Shown: positions 1 through 10,362, counted from the first letter of the stretch. The stretch is 64,000 nt of DNA from Deltaproteobacteria bacterium (GCA_017302795.1 JAFLCB010000010.1:34065-98064); one strand, 5' to 3'. Numbers and translations: made by a program. The notes: generated by a model not told the origin, from the letters alone.

Positions 1-2
1 CA

Positions 3-446
3 TTCGAACTTCAAGCACAGAAAAAAGTCCTGTTCTATGCGGCGCAAGAGTTAGATTCGCTGGCGCGAGATCTAGGCCTGAACTACGGGCAGTTGCGAAG
101 TAAGCCAGAGATGTGGACCAAGTTTTATCTGAAGTGGAAAACCAAAGTTTCGGCGGTCGAGAGATCGATTGCTGAGGTTTCCAATCGCGCGATCGAAGAC
201 CAGGCATACCCAGAAGAGGCGGTAAGGCTTTCCAGTCTTCTTGCTTCGCTGAAAGAAACGTCAGGTATGTTTGAGCAAGGAGTGGGAGCCCAGCGTGACG
301 TTGCAAGCGATTCGCTAACCGATTTAATCTCGGAGCTTGCGCGTCAAAAAGAAGAGATTGGAAGTGCGACATCTCGTGGAGTGCCTGAGGCCGGAAAGGG
401 CGCCTCTCCAGCTACATCGACGGGTGCTACTTCAAAAGCTCTTTAA
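3..446 (+). CDS. hypothetical protein, 5' end cut by window edge
   Basis: The frame of the listed 93..446 ORF stays open back to nt 3, so the gene probably starts upstream of the window. No motif recognised. The last 20 nt overlap the convergent HU gene. Confidence 0.45.
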   Translation, partial: FELQAQKKVLFYAAQELDSLARDLGLNYGQLRSKPEMWTKFYLKWKTKVSAVERSIAEVSNRAIEDQAYPEEAVRLSSLLASLKETSGMFEQGVGAQRDVASDSLTDLISELARQKEEIGSATSRGVPEAGKGASPATSTGATSKAL

Positions 447-699
447 AGTCTTTTCCTGGCTTAAATTTAGGCACCTTGGCGGCCGGAATCACAAGTTTGG
501 TTCCAGTTTTTGGGTTTCTTCCTGTACGAGACCTTCGCGAGGTCATGGAGAACGTCCCGAAGCCAACAAGTTTGACCTCGTCGCCCTTTGCCACAGTCTT
601 TGAAATGATCTCAAGAGCGGCATCAATCACGCCCTCCGACTGAACCTTCGTAAGCTTTGTTTTCGTTGCAACTTTTTCGATGAGCTCAGCTTTGTTCAC
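427..699 (-). CDS. hup: HU/IHF-family nucleoid-associated DNA-binding protein
   Basis: 90 aa. MNKAELIEKVA...GFGTFS...RTGRNPKTG...VPKFKPGK is the canonical HU pattern, including the beta-arm RNPxTG. Confidence 0.92.
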   Translation of the reverse strand: MNKAELIEKVATKTKLTKVQSEGVIDAALEIISKTVAKGDEVKLVGFGTFSMTSRRSRTGRNPKTGTKLVIPAAKVPKFKPGKDFKELLK

Positions 700-783
700 T
701 TACGGGCCCCCCTCGCAAGAACTGAAGCGCTGTATTTAGGTTCGGTCTGGTTTATCGTCAAGGCTTCTGATATTTTATCAAGT

Positions 784-2550
784 ATGCTGCGACAGCTTCG
801 ACAACAAACCGCCGAATTTTTAACTAACGAGTTGCGAAATCTCTTGCCGACCGAATTTTCGGGAGAAATTTCGCAATCTAAACTTGAGCTTGTTTTGGAA
901 CAGCCAAAAAGTCTCGATCACGGGCATTTGGCTTTTCCAGTTTTTCCTCTAGCTAAAATTATGCGCCAACCACCTCCGGCGATTGCGGCTAAAATTGCAA
1001 TGCATCTGCAAGAAGTGATCGCAAAAGGTGCAAACGCGCAATCGAGTTCACTTGGTCTCGAGCGCGTGCTGCCTGCTGGTGGATATGTCAATTTGACGTT
1101 TCGAAATGATTTGTTTCAGGCTCGTTTATTTAAATCCATCCTCGAGGATGGCGAAAAATTGGGCTACGCAAGCACGGGGAAGGGTAAGCGAATTGTTATC
1201 GATTATTCATCTCCTAACGTTGCGAAACCGATGCACGTCGGCACCCTTCGAGCGACCGTCATCGGACAAGCCATTCGCAACATCGCTGAAACTCAAGGCT
1301 ACGAAGTTATCGGATTAAATCACCTTGGCGACTGGGGTGTTCAGTTTGGAAAATTGGCGTGGGCCTACCGCAAGTGGGGCCATGAGTATGACTTTAAGGG
1401 AGCTCCATTCCAAAGTCTGTTTGATCTTTATGTGCGCTTTCACGACGAAGCGACAAAGGATCCAGCATTGGATGCGGAAGGTTCGCTGGTCTTTAAGCGG
1501 CTCGAGCAGGGCGATAAAGAGATTGAAAAAATTTGGAAAATGTTTGTCGATATCACTTTAGTGGAAGACCAAAAGCTTTGGGATCTACTCGGTGTGAAGC
1601 ACGATTTGGTTCGCGGGGAATCTTTCTACAACGATCGATTGAAATCAGTTGAAGACCTGCTTGAAAAAAAGGGGCTTTTGACTGCTAGCGAAGGTGCGAT
1701 GGTTGTTCACCTCGGCGATGAAATGCCGCCGTGTTTGATTCGAAAAAGTGACGGTGCATCCCTTTACGCAACTCGTGATTTGGCGTCGGCGATTTACCGT
1801 AAGAACGAATTGAAAGCAGACCTTTGTCTTTATGTCGTCGGGGTCGATCAGACTCTCCACTTTAAGCAAGTCTTCAAAGTGTTGGAGATGTCGGGCTTTG
1901 ATTGGGCCAGGGAATGTCATCATATTAGTTTTGGACTTTATCGTTTCAAAGATGGCGTTAAGATGTCGACACGAAAAGGAAATGTCATTTTTCTGGAAGA
2001 TATTTTAAAGCAGGCGATCGAAAGAACGGCGGAAGTGATCGCGACCAAAAATCCTGGATTAAGCAGCGAAGAGCGCGCCAAGATCGCGCAGGACGTCGGT
2101 GTCGGCGCTGTGATATTTGGTGATTTGGTTTTTGATAGAGTTAAGAACGTTGAGTTTGATTGGGATCGAATTTTGAGTTTCGAAGGCGATAGCGGTCCCT
2201 ATGTTCAATACATGCATGTCCGTTGTCAGAGCCTTTTGCGCAAGTTCGGGAGGGTCCCTAACTTAAGTCAGGTTTCTCCGTTGATTGAAAAAGATGAACG
2301 TGAGCTTGTGCGTCTATTGATGTCCTACGACGAAACATTGGAAGCTTCGTTTCGCGGATTTAAACCAAACATTTTGGCTCAATATCTGCTTGAGGTCTGC
2401 GGTGTATTCTCGCGGTTCTACCATAATAATCGAATCCTCGGTGAAGCGAGAGACCTCGAGGAATCCCGTATGGCCTTGGTGGCGGCAACTCAAGCAGTGC
2501 TAAAGCAGGGGCTAAATAAGCTTTCGATTCAAGCGCCCGACTATATGTAG
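784..2550 (+). CDS. argS: arginine--tRNA ligase
   Basis: 588 aa. Class I synthetase segments SSPNVAKPMHVGTLR, HLGDWG and MSTRKG, plus a C-terminal anticodon-binding region ending in M, typical of ArgRS. Confidence 0.95.
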   Translation: MLRQLRQQTAEFLTNELRNLLPTEFSGEISQSKLELVLEQPKSLDHGHLAFPVFPLAKIMRQPPPAIAAKIAMHLQEVIAKGANAQSSSLGLERVLPAGGYVNLTFRNDLFQARLFKSILEDGEKLGYASTGKGKRIVIDYSSPNVAKPMHVGTLRATVIGQAIRNIAETQGYEVIGLNHLGDWGVQFGKLAWAYRKWGHEYDFKGAPFQSLFDLYVRFHDEATKDPALDAEGSLVFKRLEQGDKEIEKIWKMFVDITLVEDQKLWDLLGVKHDLVRGESFYNDRLKSVEDLLEKKGLLTASEGAMVVHLGDEMPPCLIRKSDGASLYATRDLASAIYRKNELKADLCLYVVGVDQTLHFKQVFKVLEMSGFDWARECHHISFGLYRFKDGVKMSTRKGNVIFLEDILKQAIERTAEVIATKNPGLSSEERAKIAQDVGVGAVIFGDLVFDRVKNVEFDWDRILSFEGDSGPYVQYMHVRCQSLLRKFGRVPNLSQVSPLIEKDERELVRLLMSYDETLEASFRGFKPNILAQYLLEVCGVFSRFYHNNRILGEARDLEESRMALVAATQAVLKQGLNKLSIQAPDYM

Positions 2551-2648
2551 CCATTGGTCGAGGTGCGGCTGGCAGAAAGCACATCTCATTTTGAGGCGTG
2601 CTTAGCCAGCTCAATTTTGCCGTCCAAATTGCCGATAAAGGCAATGGA

Positions 2649-3341
2649 ATGAAGCGTCTTTCACCAGCACTTTTTTCGTCGGTTATTTTGCTGATCTGCC
2701 TTGGGCTTATCGGTTTGCGTGCGGCTGTTTCGAAAGACGATACAGAAGCGCAAGCGCTGAGATCTCGACTGGCAATGGCAGAGAAAGAAACAGCTGAAGC
2801 TAGATTTCGCGAGCGCTTAGCGCTGGAAGAAAATCGAGAAACTCGCGAAGTCGTCGCTAAGCAACTTCCCGGAGTTTTAAAGGGCGTCCCATCGGACTCG
2901 CGATCTTATCAAATACGAACTGTTGCGAGCGTTATCAATTCGACCTCTAAACATTTGAAAATTGAACGTGCATCAAGCCTTCTTGAGCGAGCGAAAGAAG
3001 AATTTCGACTTCGCAATTACGAGGAATCAAACTTACGTTTGGAAGCGCTTTTAAATTCTTATCCGGACTCCTTGCACGGCCCAGAAGCACGATTTCTTTT
3101 GGTGGAAGGCTACTTTCAGTCGAAAGACTTCGAGGCGTGCATTGAAATTGTTGAGCAAATGATTCGCCTCTATCCAGAGAGCGAGCTTACTGGTTTTGCG
3201 CTTCTGCGCTTGGGTAAGATCTACGAGGGAAGAGATCGAATTGAAGACGCTGCCGAAATTTATCGGTCAGTGGTCTTTAACTTTACTCAAGCAGAACTCA
3301 AGCGGCAGGCTGAAGTTTCACTTAAGGCAGTCGAGCTATGA
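2649..3341 (+). CDS. membrane-anchored TPR protein with CpoB/YbgF-like C-terminal domain
   Basis: ATG at 2649 (MKRLSPALF...) followed by a hydrophobic anchor and a coiled segment. The C-terminal TPR-like part (NYEESNLRLEALLNSYPDS...YFQSKDFEACIEIVEQMIRLYPESE) resembles YbgF. The listed ORF starts earlier, at 2598. Confidence 0.6.
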   Translation: MKRLSPALFSSVILLICLGLIGLRAAVSKDDTEAQALRSRLAMAEKETAEARFRERLALEENRETREVVAKQLPGVLKGVPSDSRSYQIRTVASVINSTSKHLKIERASSLLERAKEEFRLRNYEESNLRLEALLNSYPDSLHGPEARFLLVEGYFQSKDFEACIEIVEQMIRLYPESELTGFALLRLGKIYEGRDRIEDAAEIYRSVVFNFTQAELKRQAEVSLKAVEL

Positions 3342-4165
3342 CGCGGACGCCTTTCCAGAAATTGATTTTCCTGTTTGGTTTTTTTTTAGGATTCACCATA
3401 GAAGTCCAAGTGGAGGCCGCAGAACGAGTTCAGCTTCGGCCGATTGAAGTAGTAGCCGAACGTTTAATCAAGACATCCTCTGCAGTTCTTGAAGAACCAG
3501 CAAAATGCTTGGATCAAGAAGCTAGTGTTTGTGCAATTCGTGTCGGACACAGTCGAAAATTAACCATCGGACAAACGGGAAGTCGCGAACTAGTTTTTGG
3601 CGATGGCGCCATCGCCATTAGGCTAGCGCCAGATCGCTTTCGATTGATTGAAGGGTTCGTCCGCGTTCGTGGAGAAGGTCTGACGACCGTCGAGATCACT
3701 TCGCGCACGTCGATCACCGTTTCTGGCGAAGCATTTGTCGAAAGATTTGGGGATTCCGTCACGGTGACGAACACAGGTGCAAGAAGAGTCGTTTTGAAAA
3801 CCGTCGGAGAAGAGGGCGGGCTAATCGCATCTGGTCTAGAGATTTACTTTGATCGCCCAGATGTTCGTACAGGAGAAATCGAGTCCGGGGCCCCCTTACC
3901 ACTTGATCTAGAACGGCAGGTGGTCCGAGAGGCGAAACTACACGATGGATCAAAAGAGTCGTTCCAAGCCCGCGTCGGAATTCTTCTAGCGCTAAGAAAA
4001 CAAGCGGCATTTAAAGCTGCAGAAATTCACGAAGAAATCGTCAATAGAAAACTTGCTTCTATCGAATCGGCTAGGCAGGAGCGCATTCGAAATGCGCAAA
4101 TTCAGGAAGCTCGCGATCGTGAACTTCGTGCGATGTTTCGCCGAAAAGTTTTAAACGTCGAGTAA
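3338..4165 (+). CDS. secreted protein with FecR-like beta-sandwich segment and basic coiled C-terminus
   Basis: ATGA overlap with the upstream gene and an N-terminal signal/anchor. The central segment (LVFGDGAIAIRLAPDRFRLIEGFVRVRGEG...ITVSGEAFVERFGDSVTVTNTGARRVVL) follows the FecR-domain pattern. The domain call is weak. Confidence 0.55.
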   Translation: MTRTPFQKLIFLFGFFLGFTIEVQVEAAERVQLRPIEVVAERLIKTSSAVLEEPAKCLDQEASVCAIRVGHSRKLTIGQTGSRELVFGDGAIAIRLAPDRFRLIEGFVRVRGEGLTTVEITSRTSITVSGEAFVERFGDSVTVTNTGARRVVLKTVGEEGGLIASGLEIYFDRPDVRTGEIESGAPLPLDLERQVVREAKLHDGSKESFQARVGILLALRKQAAFKAAEIHEEIVNRKLASIESARQERIRNAQIQEARDRELRAMFRRKVLNVE

Positions 4166-4285
4166 TTCCTCCTCGACCTAGGTCGAAAGACGAAATCATA
4201 ATATGGCAAGTCATCTACCTATCCCATTAAGTTTGCTATCCTGAAGAAGTGATTTTCAGTGTCGTATTCTCATGGAGGAGAAGAC

Positions 4286-5953
4286 ATGTCTTCAGTTGGA
4301 TCCGCTGACAAGCGTTCGCAGCAGGATGAAGCACTTCGTCGCGCTCGCGAAACCTATCAAGATAAAGAAGTTGATCAAGCAAAGAAGCACTCTCAAGACT
4401 TAAAACGTCTTACAGAGGTTCACCAATCTGAACTTCGGGAAATGGAAGAAGCGCACACGCGGCAAATGGAGGACTTGAAAGTTCGTACCCGCGAAGCAAT
4501 CTCCGCCAGAGATATGCGCTATCAAAAAGAAATTGAAGACCTCCGGTCTATGCATCAGAACCAGGCCCGAAGATCAGCCCAAGAGGCCGACATAAAGCAA
4601 AAGCAGACGCAAGAGTTCATGAAAGGTCAGCTGCAAACCACCGTAGCTATTAAAGATCGGCAATCTGAGGAGCAAAAAGCTCAGTACGAAGCTCAACTTG
4701 GGGATAAGACAAAGCGCTTCACGGAAGGTTTAGACGAAAATCGTCAGATGGCCAAAAAGTCCATCGATTCTGAAAAGCAAAAGCTGGCCGAGTCTCATAA
4801 AAGAGAAGTCGATGCCATCGTTCAAGACCGAAACCGACAAATCGATCAAAGTCAGCGCTCGTTCCATTCTTTGAGAAAAACGAAAGAACAGCAGATTAAG
4901 AACTTGGAAGAAGCCTCTCGCCAGAATCAAGACCGACTTTCCCAAGCTCATATGTTGACACTGCGCGAGCAGGCGGCAGATCACGATAGTGGCTTGACCC
5001 GCGCTCGGGCCGGTCTATCAGAGGGCCTGCAGCAAAATAGAACCCGCTATGAAAAAGCGCTGGAAGAAAATGTCGATCGTTCCTCGATGAATTCGGAAGC
5101 GTTTAAAAGTTCAATTCAAGACAGGATTGATAACCGAATCAATGTTCGGGAAGCGGAAAATAGAACGCTGAAAAACGATCTCAACCGGCAAAAAGCTGAC
5201 CTTCTAAATCAAAAAAATCGGGAAGTGGCCAATGTACGGTCGGCCATGGGCGAAAATGTCGATCAGCTTGAAAAAGCTCGCGTTGCGACTGTTGAAGCTT
5301 CGAACACGCGAAATGCTAAAGTCATTAAAAATGTGGTCGAAGAAAAAGATCAGCACCTGATGAAAACTAATCGCCTTTTCCAAGACAAAATAATGGTCGA
5401 GAAGTCCAAAGCTGACGAACATCTTGGAAACACCAAACTTGGTTATGAGCGCGAACTGGCGATGAAGGATTTGCAAGCAAATACCCGAGAAGAAAGAATC
5501 AAAGGGATTAACCAGAGAGAAGAAGAATACTTAAAAACTTTTTATAGCGAATCCCTCAATGCAAATCGAGACAATTTCGAGACGTCCCTAATGGAAATTC
5601 GGGATAAAAACAAGCGCGATCAGGACTTAATTTTTCAAAATTTTTCTAAGCAATCCACAGAACGCGAAGTCAAATTTCAGGCAAAGCTAACCGAACTGAA
5701 CGACCGCCACCAAGAGCAGTTGCAAAAGATTAAAGCTGAGCAAGCCAATGTGATGAAAAGCCAGGTGAATATTTCGGCTAAAGAAAAGAAAGTGATTGTC
5801 GAGCAAAAGAACGTCGAAATGCAGCGCCAAGCGGCCCAATTTGAAAATCGTATTGCAAAATTAGAAGAGACGCATCGCCGCGAAGTAGAGTCTCTTAATC
5901 GACGTCACGAGGAATCTCTTGTAAGTATGACCCGAGCAAAACCTAAGGCTTAA
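4286..5953 (+). CDS. long coiled-coil protein (K/E/Q/R-rich), possible filament-forming or structural protein
   Basis: The ORF 4259..5953 starts at GTG. GGAGGAG lies 5 nt before the ATG at 4286, which favours that start. About 555 aa of almost uninterrupted charged heptad-like sequence, with no enzymatic motif. Confidence 0.7.
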   Translation: MSSVGSADKRSQQDEALRRARETYQDKEVDQAKKHSQDLKRLTEVHQSELREMEEAHTRQMEDLKVRTREAISARDMRYQKEIEDLRSMHQNQARRSAQEADIKQKQTQEFMKGQLQTTVAIKDRQSEEQKAQYEAQLGDKTKRFTEGLDENRQMAKKSIDSEKQKLAESHKREVDAIVQDRNRQIDQSQRSFHSLRKTKEQQIKNLEEASRQNQDRLSQAHMLTLREQAADHDSGLTRARAGLSEGLQQNRTRYEKALEENVDRSSMNSEAFKSSIQDRIDNRINVREAENRTLKNDLNRQKADLLNQKNREVANVRSAMGENVDQLEKARVATVEASNTRNAKVIKNVVEEKDQHLMKTNRLFQDKIMVEKSKADEHLGNTKLGYERELAMKDLQANTREERIKGINQREEEYLKTFYSESLNANRDNFETSLMEIRDKNKRDQDLIFQNFSKQSTEREVKFQAKLTELNDRHQEQLQKIKAEQANVMKSQVNISAKEKKVIVEQKNVEMQRQAAQFENRIAKLEETHRREVESLNRRHEESLVSMTRAKPKA

Positions 5954-5966
5954 GGGGTACCGAGAG

Positions 5967-7442
5967 ATGTTAGCAGACCGAAGGACTAAAATTGTCGCGA
6001 CTATTGGGCCGGCAGTTCGTGGAAAAGAAAACTTACGAAAAGCGATTGCTTCCGGAATGAATGTTGCGCGCCTCAACTTCTCCCACGGAAATCATGCCGA
6101 CCACTTGCAGGTTATTCAAGACCTTAGGGCGCTTTCAGAGGAAATGCGGGCGCCGCTGACCGTTCTTCAGGATCTACAGGGTCCTAAGATTCGAGTTGGA
6201 CGATTTGAAAATGGTGCCATTGAGATCGAAGAAGGCGAACAGGTCGTCATCACCGTTCGGGATGTGCTAGGAAAAAAAGGCCTGATTCCATCGGATTTCA
6301 AGGCTCTTCCGCAAAGCTGTCAGCCAGGCGGACGGATCATGTTAGATGACGGTCTGCTAGAGTTAAAGATAGATAAAGTCACGACAGACGAAGTTCATTG
6401 CACAGTTATCTACGGCGGCGTTTTGAAGGATCGCAAAGGTATGAACGTACCAGGCGGAGAGCTGTCGGTGGATTGTCTGACGCCAAAAGACATGGCCGAT
6501 CTTGAGTTTGGCCTCAAGCATGACGTGGATTACATCGCATTGAGTTTTGTTAGGCACGGAGATGATATCCGGAAATTGCGCGAACTGATACAGGCCAAGG
6601 GGTCGACTGCTAGAATCGTTGCGAAGATTGAGATGCTTGAGGCGATCGACAACCTCGAAGAAATCGTTCGACTGTCGGATGGCGTGATGGTTGCCCGTGG
6701 GGATCTTGCCGTTGAAATAGGCCAAACTCGACTGCCGCAGATTCAAAAGCAGATCGTGAAACTTTGCAATTCTATTGGCCGTCCCGTTATCACTGCTACC
6801 CAAATGTTGGACTCGATGACCGAGAATCCGAGGCCAACCCGCGCCGAAATCACTGATGTTGCGAATGCGGTTTTGGACGGATCCGATGCGCTGATGCTGT
6901 CGGCTGAATCAGCAAGCGGGAAATTTCCGTTTCGCTGCATTCAGACAATGCACGACATCATTCTCGAGGTTGAACGCAACGGCGACTATTTCTACGATAT
7001 GCGGATGGATGAGCAGTTCTCCTCCGTGGCTGATGGAATAGGTGCAGCAAGCGCGCTGACGGCATTAAAGTTAAACGCCACGGCGATTGTTTGCCTAACG
7101 ACTTCAGGAAAAACGGCCACGATTATTTCAGGCTATCGACCCAAAGCTCGCATCATCGCAGTGACCCATATTTTGCCAACGTTGAATAGAATCGAGCTTG
7201 TATGGGGGATACAAACTTTGAAAATTGACCCCTACAAGTCCTCTGAAGAAGCCATGCAACAGATTGAAAAAATGCTGCTCGAATATGGACTGGTAAAACC
7301 GGGCGATAAAGTCATTCTGACTTTAGGAGTGCCGGTACTCGAACGGGGCACAACAAACGCGCTTCGCGTTTATACGATTGAACGTGAAGACTTTCATCGT
7401 CTTCCTGAGGCGGAGCTACCGACTCGATGTAGGACAATTTAA
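5967..7442 (+). CDS. pyk: pyruvate kinase
   Basis: 491 aa. TKIVATIGPA, MNVARLNFSHG, MVARGDLAVEIG and the C-terminal allosteric domain. Confidence 0.95.
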   Translation: MLADRRTKIVATIGPAVRGKENLRKAIASGMNVARLNFSHGNHADHLQVIQDLRALSEEMRAPLTVLQDLQGPKIRVGRFENGAIEIEEGEQVVITVRDVLGKKGLIPSDFKALPQSCQPGGRIMLDDGLLELKIDKVTTDEVHCTVIYGGVLKDRKGMNVPGGELSVDCLTPKDMADLEFGLKHDVDYIALSFVRHGDDIRKLRELIQAKGSTARIVAKIEMLEAIDNLEEIVRLSDGVMVARGDLAVEIGQTRLPQIQKQIVKLCNSIGRPVITATQMLDSMTENPRPTRAEITDVANAVLDGSDALMLSAESASGKFPFRCIQTMHDIILEVERNGDYFYDMRMDEQFSSVADGIGAASALTALKLNATAIVCLTTSGKTATIISGYRPKARIIAVTHILPTLNRIELVWGIQTLKIDPYKSSEEAMQQIEKMLLEYGLVKPGDKVILTLGVPVLERGTTNALRVYTIEREDFHRLPEAELPTRCRTI

Positions 7443-8425
7443 GTCCGCGTGATCTTTCTGCAAGCGTGGATCAGTTCCCAGTAGGGAAACTGTGTTTCAA
7501 GATCGGCGAGATTGAACGACATCGCGAGCGCGCCGTCGAGGGAGAACTTTTCGCCGACAAGCTTCTTTTCTCCTAGGGAATTGACATCGTCGACGTTGAA
7601 CAGCGAACCAAGATCTCGCATCGAATCATTCTGCATTTGGGTGAGATTGAGTTTTATCTCGCCTTTTTCGTTGGCTTTTCCTTTGCGACCGTAAAACAAA
7701 AGTGCCTTCACGGTTTTCATTTCTTTTTCTTCAATCGAAGTGCGTTTGTCTTCACTCTTGAATAAAAAGTCATTGTAGAAGTCGACAAAACGAACGAGGA
7801 AGTCGGGATTAAAGACGGTGATTCGCTGTTTGCCTTCGCCAAGATCCTCGATTTTTAGATGGCCAAGACCCTGCAGTACTTCCATGAGGGTCTGCATCTT
7901 ATTTGTAGGCTGCTGGAAAATTTGAATTGTGTATTTCCTGAGGGTTCCTGGAGGCACGAGGGTCGCGCCATCAGGTGACTTCTCGCCGTAGATTTTTGCC
8001 ACTGTCGCGAGGATTGCACAAAGGCGTGTTACTGTGTGTGGTGGAAAAACAGCATTCGACTCTTCATCTGACTTTTCGAGTGATTTGATTTTTTGATTGG
8101 CATTACGCAAATGGTTATTAACAGTTCGCATGATCGCTTTCGACCATTCTGGAAAAGTCTTGAACTGCGCATTCAAAGCTTTGAAGGGGAGTTCAATCAC
8201 CGCGGTGTCAGCCAATGCCCGCGCAGACGCAGATCTCGGCTTCTGGTCAAAAAACGCCATTTCGCCAAGCATATCGCCCGGACCCAGTTCGGCGAGTGTG
8301 ATTTCGGAATTTCCTTTTGATTTTAGAATTCCAAGTTTTCCGGACTTGATCACATACATTGCTAGCGAAGGATCGCCTTCGCGAAACAGATACTCGCCTT
8401 TTTTAACAATTCGCGGGTCACCCAA
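7439..8425 (-). CDS. cyclic-nucleotide-binding (Crp/Fnr-like) protein with extended C-terminal domain
   Basis: N-terminal cNMP-binding signature YLFREGDPS...GPGDMLGEMAFF...RSASARA. A possible winged-helix segment (NKMQTLMEVLQGLGHLKIE) is followed by about 130 extra residues. Confidence 0.8.
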   Translation of the reverse strand: MGDPRIVKKGEYLFREGDPSLAMYVIKSGKLGILKSKGNSEITLAELGPGDMLGEMAFFDQKPRSASARALADTAVIELPFKALNAQFKTFPEWSKAIMRTVNNHLRNANQKIKSLEKSDEESNAVFPPHTVTRLCAILATVAKIYGEKSPDGATLVPPGTLRKYTIQIFQQPTNKMQTLMEVLQGLGHLKIEDLGEGKQRITVFNPDFLVRFVDFYNDFLFKSEDKRTSIEEKEMKTVKALLFYGRKGKANEKGEIKLNLTQMQNDSMRDLGSLFNVDDVNSLGEKKLVGEKFSLDGALAMSFNLADLETQFPYWELIHACRKITRT

Positions 8426-8511
8426 AGCGTCTGGCTCCTAGTTTCCCTATGATAGCAGCGAGAACTTCTAAAATGGCAGCAGCGAGAAGCTAATGTGAGA
8501 CATAGATAGAC

Positions 8512-9687
8512 CTAAGGCTTGAATTCCAGATCGGCGCGCATCAGACGGCCAGAATCAGTTCCAAAGTAAATTTCGCCGCTCGGTGTTTCACCGACGGATC
8601 TGATTCGCTCTCCCAGATTATCAAACACGCGGGTTTCCGTAGCAGCCGAATAGTTGGAGGGCTCTTTTTTCAATGAAACGATATTTAAATGCTGAAGCAC
8701 CAACGCGCCAATTAGGAGATGGTCTTTCAGTTTTGGATATTTCTTGCCAGAGTAAAAGTGCAGCGAACTAGGAGCGATAGATGGAACATAATACTTCACA
8801 GGATCCTGAATCCCGTCTTTAACAGGCTTGCTACTGATCGACGGACCCCAGTATTCGCGACCATAAGAAACTAGCGGCCAACCATAGTTGAGTGTCGGTT
8901 TCACATGATTGATCTCATCGCCGCCCCGTGGTCCGTGTTCGACGACAAACAGATCACTAGTGGACGGATGGATTGCTATGCCTTGCGGATTGCGGTGGCC
9001 AAAACTGTGAATCTCAATCAAAGCGCCGGGAATCACTGGAGCACCGTTAAAGGGAGTGCCATCCAGTTTTAAGCGGAGTACCTTTCCCCAGTGTTGTTTT
9101 AGGTCTTGAGCGCGCTCGCGTTCGTTTCTCTCGCCGAGGGAAAGGTAGAGTGAACTGTCTTTGTCGATTTTGTCGATTTTGTCGATAGCAATCCGCGAAC
9201 CAAAATGTTGACCCGAATCGACAGCCGGCTGAGCTTCAAATATCCGCTTTAGATTTTCTAGTCGGCCTGTGCTTGAGTTTCCTACCCATTCACCTCGGAA
9301 TAAGCCGGTTGTCTGTCCCTCGTCTCGTTCAGCTTCGGTGCCTTTTTCAGGTCGTACAGAAGCCGTCAAATAGATCCAGGTCTTCGAATTCGCTCGGTGA
9401 ATTCTAAGATCCAACAATCCGCCTTGGCCCAAGGCGATCACTGGTGGCGCGCCAGGGATCTGTCTTATTGCTTTAGTCTTTAGGTTGAGGTGATGAATTT
9501 CACCCGACCTCAAAGTCAAAAGGGCGTGATCCTCATCGAGAAAGTCAAAACCCCAGATGACGTCCTTGAATTTTGAAACCTCAACAGCCTTGGCGTCGAT
9601 TTTCCCTGGGTCGGCGAGTGCAGAAAATGGTTTTGAAAACAAAACTAGAACGAAGGAAACAACAACGAGGCGAGTGATCGCTTTCAT
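8512..9687 (-). CDS. PQQ-dependent (soluble) sugar dehydrogenase, YliI/sorbosone dehydrogenase family
   Basis: Signal peptide. HFGSRIA, FGHRNPQGIA, EHGPRGGDEIN and NYGWP beta-propeller motifs. Confidence 0.8.
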   Translation of the reverse strand: MKAITRLVVVSFVLVLFSKPFSALADPGKIDAKAVEVSKFKDVIWGFDFLDEDHALLTLRSGEIHHLNLKTKAIRQIPGAPPVIALGQGGLLDLRIHRANSKTWIYLTASVRPEKGTEAERDEGQTTGLFRGEWVGNSSTGRLENLKRIFEAQPAVDSGQHFGSRIAIDKIDKIDKDSSLYLSLGERNERERAQDLKQHWGKVLRLKLDGTPFNGAPVIPGALIEIHSFGHRNPQGIAIHPSTSDLFVVEHGPRGGDEINHVKPTLNYGWPLVSYGREYWGPSISSKPVKDGIQDPVKYYVPSIAPSSLHFYSGKKYPKLKDHLLIGALVLQHLNIVSLKKEPSNYSAATETRVFDNLGERIRSVGETPSGEIYFGTDSGRLMRADLEFKP

Positions 9688-9689
9688 GC

Positions 9690-10349
9690 CTAAACCTGCA
9701 TCGGTTTTGCGTCGGCTGCGACTTCAACCGGCGCACCTGTAGCTTTGATGATCGCTTCTGGAGTCAGATCTGGAGCCCATTCAATCAGGCGAAAACCTCG
9801 GCCTTTTATGACATCCAATACACCAAAGTCAGAAACAATACGGTCAATGCAGTTTTGTCCGGTCAATGGAAGAGTGCATTTTTTTAGAATTTTATGCGAG
9901 CCATCTTTCGCGACATGTTCCATCGCCACAATAACTCTTCTCGCACCGGCAACCAAATCCATGGCGCCGCCCATTCCTTTGACCATCTTTCCTGGAATCA
10001 TCCAGTTGGCAATTGATCCATCTTGGTCCACTTGCATAGCGCCGAGAACCGTTAGATCAATGTGGCCACCGCGAATCATTGCAAAACTATCCGCACTTGA
10101 AAAGAAAGAGGCGCCTTTGACCGCAGTGACGGTTTGCTTACCGGCGTTGATCAGGTCGGCGTCGACCTCCGTTTCAAGTGGAAACTGGCCCATGCCAAGA
10201 AGTCCATTTTCACTTTGCAGCATGACATTCATGGACTCGGGAATAAAATTAGCGACCAAAGTTGGAATTCCAATTCCAAGGTTCACACAAAATCCCGATT
10301 GAACTTCTTTTGAAATACGCTTCGCGATTTGATCTCGTGAAAGTGGCAT
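9690..10349 (-). CDS. scoB: 3-oxoacid CoA-transferase subunit B
   Basis: 219 aa. LQSENGLLGMG contains the catalytic-Glu SENG motif. Adjacent to subunit A and a thiolase. Confidence 0.9.
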   Translation of the reverse strand: MPLSRDQIAKRISKEVQSGFCVNLGIGIPTLVANFIPESMNVMLQSENGLLGMGQFPLETEVDADLINAGKQTVTAVKGASFFSSADSFAMIRGGHIDLTVLGAMQVDQDGSIANWMIPGKMVKGMGGAMDLVAGARRVIVAMEHVAKDGSHKILKKCTLPLTGQNCIDRIVSDFGVLDVIKGRGFRLIEWAPDLTPEAIIKATGAPVEVAADAKPMQV

Positions 10350-10362
10350 GAGCGGTTTCCTT

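Noticed and set aside
337-603. 88-aa plus-strand ORF overlapping the HU gene
   Set aside because: It is antisense to a clearly real HU gene and out of frame with the upstream ORF. Its composition looks like junk.
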